64,000 nt of DNA. Origin: Podarcis filfolensis (lineage: Eukaryota). Positions 63,481-64,000 of this stretch are shown piece after piece (the first letter of the stretch is position 1; each line of letters opens with the position of its first letter). The position numbers were made by a program, and so were the translations under genes. Under the pieces are notes generated by a model. It did not search any database. It saw only the letters and a program-made list of their open reading frames with translations, and was not told the origin of the DNA. The stretch is taken from the NCBI GenBank assembly GCA_964270895.1, contig OZ185437.1; one strand, written 5' to 3'.

Positions 63481-63991
63481 CCACTTACCTGGTTGATTGC
63501 CACTCAACTTAGGATGGGGAACATCAGGCCAAGGGAGACTGTGCGTGAGAGAGAATTTTGGCTCATGCTGGAAGCTTGGAACACAGAGACTTGTCTTGCT
63601 CTGCACTAAACCCAGTGCTATGGCTTGGGAACCTTATTGGGAGGCAAGACTTGTGGAGTGTTGATGCTATGAGCCTCTTCATTCTATGCGCAGATTGTAT
63701 AGGTGTGCAAATAAAACTATATATCCTAAAGAGACCACAGCCTCCATTTACCTTCATTCTAAGAAAGCAAACCCAGTGTAAGTGGTGGTACCCCTGGAGT
63801 ATCTCACTGCTCAGAGACTGGGATGTGTGCAACAATATTTTTTGAAAACTTACCCGGGAAGTAACTCTGTCCCATGCTTGCTTCACCAAAGCTTGATCAA
63901 GAGACAGCTTGCCGTCTTTCCTTAGAGACTGTATTGCAGATTCAATCTGTTTCCTCTTTATTTCATACTGTACTCTGAAATGTTTAAAGGA
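975..63991 (-). CDS. SYNE1: Nesprin-1 (SYNE1), partial gene model: 47 spliced coding exons of the spectrin-repeat rod; gene continues beyond both window ends
   Basis: Manually spliced exons give one open frame of 8463 nt. Peptides match human nesprin-1 as recalled (SFKHFRVQYE..., MEFLELKYRLLSLLVLAESKLKSWIIKYGRRESVE, EFLSE...KGELLS). Splice phases are consistent at every junction. Confidence 0.98.
1915..1972. repeat. Compound (CT)n(CA)n microsatellite
   Basis: Directly visible. Confidence 0.95.
2228..2405 (-). CDS. SYNE1: SYNE1 exon (~ex58), 178 nt
   Basis: gaag|t LCLQASKGCQSKEQ...SLQKIQ-type peptide |gtaaat. Confidence 0.94.
2725..2861 (-). CDS. SYNE1: SYNE1 exon (~ex57), 137 nt
   Basis: ctag|ETLSALTKAEHMNDDIKLQLNDLCRFSKDLSTYSAKVSQLIKEYN ag|gtgagt. 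Confidence 0.95.
4249..4605 (-). CDS. SYNE1: SYNE1 exon (~ex56), 357 nt
   Basis: gcag|ELIDSRQTGEGRLNRV...VECWHREK|gtaaaa. Confidence 0.95.
5192..5442. mobile_element. Tc1/mariner (pogo/Tigger-like) MITE
   Basis: TIRs CAGTCGTACCTCGG / CCGAGGTATGATTG, flanked by TA on both sides. Confidence 0.85.
5928..6092 (-). CDS. SYNE1: SYNE1 exon (~ex55), 165 nt
   Basis: atag|EKMKRVEDIVKDHLLYLDAVHEFTDWL...KLAKIN|gtgaga. Confidence 0.96.
6655..6792. mobile_element. Degraded squamate palindromic (hAT-like) MITE
   Basis: Core GATGATGGGAGTTGTAGTCC motif, related to the copies at ~9660 and 40146. Confidence 0.55.
7473..7782 (-). CDS. SYNE1: SYNE1 exon (~ex54), 310 nt
   Basis: caag|c LLESVIHQWDEYLERKSQLDQW...IATVVK|gtaaat. 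Confidence 0.95.
8429..8601 (-). CDS. SYNE1: SYNE1 exon (~ex53), 173 nt
   Basis: ctag|EILLMKGEGEVKLNMAIGKGEQAL...SLSCQ ag|gtaagt. Confidence 0.96.
8998..9346 (-). mobile_element. Sauria SINE (Squam1), full length
   Basis: tRNA-like head GGGATGCGGGTGGCGCTGTGGGTTAAACC on minus, Bov-B-related tail; 12-bp TSD AATGATGCTTTA (8986-8997, 9347-9358). Confidence 0.93.
9785..10076 (-). CDS. SYNE1: SYNE1 exon (~ex52), 292 nt
   Basis: ttag|a ESFDKLTQKSQVL...EKRLMQIQ|gtgaag. Confidence 0.95.
10636..10791 (-). CDS. SYNE1: SYNE1 exon (~ex51), 156 nt
   Basis: acag|t FEDLCKSWSLWLHEMEER...EELLVA ag|gtaaaa. Confidence 0.95.
12360..12565 (-). CDS. SYNE1: SYNE1 exon (~ex50), 206 nt
   Basis: tcag|KVLDSVEEGRSKL...CLKDKQALEECIAELG ag|gttggt. 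Confidence 0.95.
13505..13617 (-). CDS. SYNE1: SYNE1 exon (~ex49), 113 nt
   Basis: tcag|aa SMCGFQSWYSNLK...SGDSKAIEAKLHELQ|gtaccg. Confidence 0.93.
14157..14364 (-). CDS. SYNE1: SYNE1 exon (~ex48), 208 nt
   Basis: tcag|KIQKDLQQQQSNF...QESLEKHFF c|gtgagt. Confidence 0.95.
14468..14561 (-). mobile_element. Partial tRNA-headed SINE with CR1-like tail (Squam2-like)
   Basis: Matches copies at 29491 and 60566 (TTGGAAGGGACCC...CTAGTCCAACCCCC...GCAATGCAAGAATATGCAGC). Confidence 0.7.
14987..15160. mobile_element. hAT MITE
   Basis: TIR CAGTGCTTTTTTTCT; perfect 8-bp TSD GTTTTCCT. Confidence 0.92.
15312..15840. mobile_element. Degraded GC-rich hAT-like non-autonomous element
   Basis: Left end CAGGGCCGGCCC...AAGGTAAGGCAGCTGCCTC; right end not resolved. 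Confidence 0.4.
16135..16338 (-). CDS. SYNE1: SYNE1 exon (~ex47), 204 nt
   Basis: ttag|FLEADLRKKLVHTKEMSE...LSGLSTVK|gtgagt. Confidence 0.95.
17051..17152 (-). CDS. SYNE1: SYNE1 exon (~ex46), 102 nt
   Basis: acag|SQIINKEQNVEQISSKISELKELVNAEEVPPNLQ|gtaaga. Confidence 0.92.
17219..17305. mobile_element. Left arm of a hAT/Charlie-like MITE interrupted by the solo LTR
   Basis: CAGAGGTTTTCAACCTTTTTGAGTCCACGGCTCC terminus; right end unresolved. Confidence 0.6.
17306..17628 (+). mobile_element. Solo LTR (Gypsy-like), 323 bp
   Basis: Termini TGTGTCA...TGACACA; 4-bp flanks CAGT/CGGT; TATATAA at 17348; internal degenerate tandem CTTCCTGACCCTCGGACC units. Confidence 0.75.
18173..18355 (-). CDS. SYNE1: SYNE1 exon (~ex45), 183 nt
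   Basis: acag|VSEKLEDSIDRLSVSVSLWEDVL...FLEECQ|gtaccg. Confidence 0.94.
19235..19440 (+). mobile_element. Old CORE/MIR-like SINE
   Basis: GAGATCTGGGTTCAGACCCC...CTGGGTGAC...CCAGT...ACAGGATTGTTGAGA, A-rich tail. Confidence 0.55.
19545..19662. mobile_element. Truncated Tc1/mariner MITE (one TIR) 12 nt from a 5' splice site
   Basis: CACGAGGTATGACTG|TA terminus related to the 5192 MITE; CpG-rich interior. Confidence 0.8.
19675..19833 (-). CDS. SYNE1: SYNE1 exon (~ex44), 159 nt
   Basis: acag|HEAARNELNDRQRELDAFTNKGKHLL...STVDKWLD|gtaagc. Confidence 0.95.
20282..20432 (-). CDS. SYNE1: SYNE1 exon (~ex43), 151 nt
   Basis: atag|g QEQCCVLVDLIREYQSLKS...DQEDVRWALSK|gtaaat. Confidence 0.95.
21176..21355 (-). 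CDS. SYNE1: SYNE1 exon (~ex42), 180 nt
   Basis: acag|a LRIFNQLDDELNSHQHEL...TKKLIQE aa|gtaggt. Confidence 0.95.
21573..22120 (-). mobile_element. L1-clade LINE ORF2 internal fragment (decayed)
   Basis: Translates to WLTANNINLYKDNY...KLSLLGRVSTIKMNVLP...YIWQGKKPRIK...GFSLPDMRLYYEAS...WLS (post-RT region of L1 ORF2), with frameshifts. Confidence 0.85.
22714..23342 (-). CDS. SYNE1: SYNE1 exon (~ex41), 629 nt
   Basis: acag|EHRMEVEGKFKELQSL...PSLQEVQQ ag|gtaaaa. Confidence 0.96.
23629..23782 (-). CDS. SYNE1: SYNE1 exon (~ex40), 154 nt
   Basis: ccag|g INFLQSVVAEHRQYDELLLSFSDW...VCHNK|gtaaat. Confidence 0.96.
24435..24601 (-). CDS. SYNE1: SYNE1 exon (~ex39), 167 nt
   Basis: tcag|DLQSDIASYASLY...WKTLPQIINK ag|gtttgt. 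Confidence 0.95.
25951..26074 (-). CDS. SYNE1: SYNE1 exon (~ex38), 124 nt
   Basis: gtag|a QEKELSAFTIWLERCE...SADRVKVESELQLVQ|gtaagt. Confidence 0.94.
26188..26375 (-). CDS. SYNE1: SYNE1 exon (~ex37), 188 nt
   Basis: taag|DLCQVLEKMNQTL...SLEVHLAQWQ ag|gtgaga. Confidence 0.93.
26508..26890 (+). mobile_element. Bov-B (RTE) LINE, 5'-truncated 3' end
   Basis: GAAGAATTGATGCTTTTGAATTATGGTGCTGG...GTCCATGGGGTCACGAAGAGTCGGACACGACT, (CAA)n tail; near-perfect 11-bp TSD CAAGGGCAGTA/CAAGTGCAGTA. Confidence 0.93.
27412..27510 (-). CDS. SYNE1: SYNE1 exon (~ex36), 99 nt
   Basis: ttag|AQEELSRYEGKLAETDTSCCSSAETYKALHNVT|gtaaat. Confidence 0.9.
28123..28350 (-). CDS. SYNE1: SYNE1 exon (~ex35), 228 nt
   Basis: ttag|VIIKEIDDK...GESAHIKAKLTQIRRYWEEL...QQKFEENFAK|gtagac. 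Confidence 0.95.
28715..28862. mobile_element. hAT MITE (same family as 14987)
   Basis: TIR CAGTGCTTTTTTTCT; 8-bp TSD GGAATATA/GGCATATA. Confidence 0.9.
29454..29489. repeat. (GT)n microsatellite at SINE tail
   Basis: Directly visible. Confidence 0.95.
29491..29627 (-). mobile_element. tRNA-headed SINE with CR1-like tail (Squam2-like)
   Basis: Minus strand TAGCTCAGTTGGTTAGAG (A box)...GGTTCAATCCCC (B box)...GGGTCCCTTCCAACTCTATGA. Confidence 0.85.
30159..30938 (-). other. Candidate alternative terminal exon in SYNE1 intron 34 (VTFLE* plus about 0.76-kb 3'UTR)
   Basis: ttactgctgttcttctag|GTCACATTCCTAGAATAA; AATAAA (minus) at 30159-30164. Confidence 0.4.
33259..33406 (-). CDS. SYNE1: SYNE1 exon (~ex34), 148 nt
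   Basis: ttag|t IKTMEMVKNKWDHFG...DMQISQVK|gtgatt. Confidence 0.96.
33624..33969 (+). mobile_element. Sauria SINE, full length
   Basis: Head GGGACGTGGGTGGCACTGTGGGTTAAACC; 12-bp TSD AGTGTGGGAGTT. Confidence 0.93.
34818..34836. repeat. (TTG)n microsatellite
   Basis: Directly visible. Confidence 0.8.
35605..35772 (+). mobile_element. MIR/CORE-SINE, old
   Basis: AGAACACTGGACTTAGA...TTTCAGCCTCAGG...TATGAAATGGGAATA...GGTGTTGTGAGGATGAA resembles the MIR core. Confidence 0.7.
36894..36915 (-). other. SYNE1: In-frame intron-33 read-through tail (E)YVLKQS*, CPG2/nesprin-1-165-type C-terminus
   Basis: GA|G TAT GTT CTT AAA CAG TCA TAG; resembles the mammalian EYVIDKS* end as I recall it. Confidence 0.7.
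36916..37076 (-). CDS. SYNE1: SYNE1 exon (~ex33), 161 nt
   Basis: acag|ALSKQTVAMAMEAETLVK...QQQAKSVREQVKKMEASLEE ga|gtatgt. Confidence 0.95.
37231..37471. mobile_element. Tc1/mariner MITE
   Basis: TIR CAGTGGTACCT..GGGTT / AACCCGAGGTACCACTG, TA TSD. Confidence 0.92.
37790..38060 (-). mobile_element. L2 LINE 3' fragment
   Basis: LMYKSLHNLGPRYLKEHL...; AGTGTGGCAGCACCTGCCCTTTGGAATTGCCTCC motif. Confidence 0.75.
38523..38663 (-). CDS. SYNE1: SYNE1 exon (~ex32), 141 nt
   Basis: gtag|LTVSTWEQFERDKETVVKYL...SFSSLESLSSELEKTK|gtatgt. Confidence 0.96.
39568..39744 (-). CDS. SYNE1: SYNE1 exon (~ex31), 177 nt
   Basis: ccag|QKTKRLHEKRQDVQQQ...DKREDQLQ|gtcagt. Confidence 0.94.
39913..40080 (-). CDS. SYNE1: SYNE1 exon (~ex30), 168 nt
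   Basis: atag|IEKMLSAVGDCVQH...QAQQLLRYHQ|gtagga. Confidence 0.95.
40146..40280. mobile_element. Palindromic hAT MITE
   Basis: About 43-bp imperfect TIRs CAGGGGTGAGGATCCTTTGGCCCTCCAGATGTTGCTGAACTAC; 8-bp TSD CTTTCAAT/CTTTTAAT. Confidence 0.9.
40830..41500 (-). mobile_element. Decayed L2 LINE fragments (RT and 3' part)
   Basis: LEKVIAVQLQTLLEEMDYLDSYHCGFR..ESALVALVYDL (L2 RT motif) at 41173-41379; 40830-40960 resembles the 38000 L2 3' piece. Confidence 0.7.
41613..41777 (-). CDS. SYNE1: SYNE1 exon (~ex29), 165 nt
   Basis: tcag|EIQQETCKQGEAISWLKSRL...LLALLIE|gtatag. Confidence 0.95.
41949..42315 (-). mobile_element. Sauria SINE (diverged subfamily, head slightly truncated)
   Basis: AAAGGTAAA...GGACCCCTGG...GAGGGAGCCG...GGGATTCGAAC...AGTGGTTTATACCAC. 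Confidence 0.88.
42445..42553 (-). CDS. SYNE1: SYNE1 exon (~ex28), 109 nt
   Basis: tcag|a FSKLENWISSREAQLKKIK...FKTSIE|gtatat. Confidence 0.92.
43222..43430 (-). CDS. SYNE1: SYNE1 exon (~ex27), 209 nt
   Basis: tcag|LFFGEKGSLQLCEKRL...HPDKWKDYKD ag|gtacta. Confidence 0.95.
44271..44429 (-). CDS. SYNE1: SYNE1 exon (~ex26), 159 nt
   Basis: gtag|DAQSEAPYHLLRLKIQVEK...EKIIREHK|gtaagc. Confidence 0.95.
44672..44806 (-). CDS. SYNE1: SYNE1 exon (~ex25), 135 nt
   Basis: tcag|DFFSQLDQRVLNAFLKACDELTDILPEQE...LHKQWK|gttagt. Confidence 0.97.
45654..45818 (-). CDS. SYNE1: SYNE1 exon (~ex24), 165 nt
   Basis: aaag|NMAKKTSDWKKNVE...PEELLRKHT|gtgagt. Confidence 0.95.
46858..46985 (-). mobile_element. CR1 LINE 3'-end fragment
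   Basis: ATCATAGAACTG...CTAGTTCAACC...GCAGCTAAAGCATC... CR1 tail pattern. Confidence 0.55.
47113..47271 (-). CDS. SYNE1: SYNE1 exon (~ex23), 159 nt
   Basis: ttag|DLVAYQENCKKDISLIE...VEIQAAFQ|gtaatt. Confidence 0.94.
48501..49049 (+). mobile_element. Bov-B (RTE) LINE fragment, AP-endonuclease region only
   Basis: IGTWNVRTMNLGKLDVVKNEMARINIDILGISELKW...QVYAPT...GDWNAKVG; one in-frame TAA after ...NKRVA. Confidence 0.93.
49097..49270 (-). CDS. SYNE1: SYNE1 exon (~ex22), 174 nt
   Basis: tcag|VDGTCPVVLYESQQLL...VFKQQHQ|gtattt. Confidence 0.94.
49720..49863 (-). CDS. SYNE1: SYNE1 exon (~ex21), 144 nt
   Basis: gcag|DIKQKVPVMESQYK...IKGQLGK|gtattc. Confidence 0.95.
50363..50515 (-). CDS. SYNE1: SYNE1 exon (~ex20), 153 nt, GC donor
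   Basis: atag|YARADELERMRKEY...PLEVSFLNMKMFVQEIE|gcaagt. Confidence 0.92.
51329..51493 (-). CDS. SYNE1: SYNE1 exon (~ex19), 165 nt
   Basis: ttag|DFFRHLPQWIQQHTAMNDAGNFLIETCD...LFMQVKQ|gtatgt. Confidence 0.97.
52311..52480. mobile_element. hAT MITE
   Basis: Ends CAGGGCTGCCAACT / AGTTGTCTCCTATG; 8-bp TSD CTGCCCTG/TTGCCCTG. Confidence 0.75.
52685..52887 (-). CDS. SYNE1: SYNE1 exon (~ex18), 203 nt
   Basis: tcag|cc EEIESVMRFMNETT...SVEVRSVRSMLEEV...QSEHAKK|gtaagg. Confidence 0.97.
53181..53316. mobile_element. hAT MITE (CAGTGCTTTTTTCT family)
   Basis: Perfect 8-bp TSD GCTACAAC. Confidence 0.9.
54264..54360 (-). CDS. SYNE1: SYNE1 exon (~ex17), 97 nt
   Basis: tcag|SVIENNKFFEQYEVTYQILKKAAEMYARANGS t|gtaagt. 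Confidence 0.97.
56305..56480 (-). mobile_element. Degraded tRNA-SINE with L2-like tail (Squam3-like)
   Basis: Minus strand: GGGTTCAAACCCTG (B box)...AATACTGAGCTAGATGGACCAAGG...CAGTATGAG. Confidence 0.65.
57103..57271 (-). CDS. SYNE1: SYNE1 exon (~ex16), 169 nt; contains a CPG2-type start ATG at 57228
   Basis: ctag|g FEFVASTSELHLLKMEFLELKYRLLSLLVLAESKLKSWIIKYGRRESVELLLQNYI|gtaagc. Confidence 0.98.
57640..57674. repeat. (TA)n(GA)n microsatellite
   Basis: Directly visible. Confidence 0.9.
57880..57992 (-). CDS. SYNE1: SYNE1 exon (~ex15), 113 nt
   Basis: ttag|DVLKNVDGYKKTFQEIHRARFVNGVPVPPEQLDDMAE ag|gtaagt. Confidence 0.96.
58085..58128 (-). promoter_or_regulatory. Candidate internal promoter: TATAAAT (58122-58128, minus) and AP-1 TGAGTCA (58085-58091)
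   Basis: Motifs seen directly, 93-136 nt upstream of the exon-15 acceptor; function inferred. Confidence 0.35.
59089..59313. mobile_element. Tc1/mariner MITE (same family as 37231, opposite orientation)
   Basis: TIR CAGTGGTACCTC, TA TSD. Confidence 0.92.
59532..59862 (-). mobile_element. Sauria SINE with an internal deletion of about 30 nt removing the B-box region
   Basis: GCAACAGGAGCT joined directly to TCCGATCGGCAAG; TSD TAGTAAAACTT/TAGTAAGACTT. Confidence 0.9.
60566..60707 (+). mobile_element. tRNA-headed SINE with CR1-like tail (Squam2-like)
   Basis: GATAGCTCAGTTGGTTAG...GGGGGTTGGACTAGATGATCC...CTATGATTCTATGA. Confidence 0.85.
62471..62635 (-). CDS. SYNE1: SYNE1 exon (~ex14), 165 nt
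   Basis: tcag|IFEWHLHLDKSLPAPLGTIGAWLHRAE...RKLEHQK|gtttgt. Confidence 0.97.
63059..63834 (+). mobile_element. Solo LTR, 776 bp, antisense to SYNE1
   Basis: TGTT...AACA termini, CCAAT boxes, 21-bp direct repeats (63090, 63177), AATAAA at 63710, internal (GA)n; TSD not clean (ATACC/ATATT). Confidence 0.72.
63390..63474. repeat. (GA)n microsatellite, about 42 units, inside the LTR
   Basis: Directly visible. Confidence 0.97.
63854..63991 (-). CDS. SYNE1: SYNE1 exon (~ex13), 138 nt
   Basis: gcag|SFKHFRVQYEIKRKQ...DGKLSLDQALVKQAWDRVTSR|gtaagt. Confidence 0.98.
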
Positions 63992-64000
63992 CTGCAAGGA

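Noticed and set aside
1865-63606. ORFs running through microsatellites (1865, 50947, 63298, 63311)
   Set aside because: ER/SL/CV repeats are translation artefacts of dinucleotide tracts.
1-64000. Prokaryotic or novel multi-gene system, CRISPR, rRNA/tRNA genes
   Set aside because: The sequence is spliced vertebrate gene DNA. tRNA-like motifs belong to SINE heads, and the remaining short ORFs lack support.

Overview
Vertebrate genomic DNA, most likely a lacertid-type lizard (inferred from Sauria SINE, Bov-B and squamate MITE content). The window lies inside SYNE1 (nesprin-1) on the minus strand. I traced 47 consecutive coding exons (63991 down to 975; 8463 nt, 2821 codons, frame continuous, no stops). 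They cover the spectrin-repeat rod, about human residues 350-3169 or exons 13-59 (numbering from my recall of the human gene). All introns are GT-AG except one GC-AG. Introns hold Sauria SINEs, other tRNA-SINEs, MIR-like SINEs, Bov-B/L1/L2/CR1 fragments, hAT and Tc1/mariner MITEs and two solo LTRs. The most interesting signal is a nested short transcription unit resembling mammalian CPG2/nesprin-1-165: a strong-Kozak ATG in exon 16, read-through into intron 33 ending EYVLKQS*, downstream poly(A) signals and candidate internal promoters. A second candidate terminal exon (VTFLE*) lies in intron 34. I see no prokaryotic-type system and no CRISPR array.
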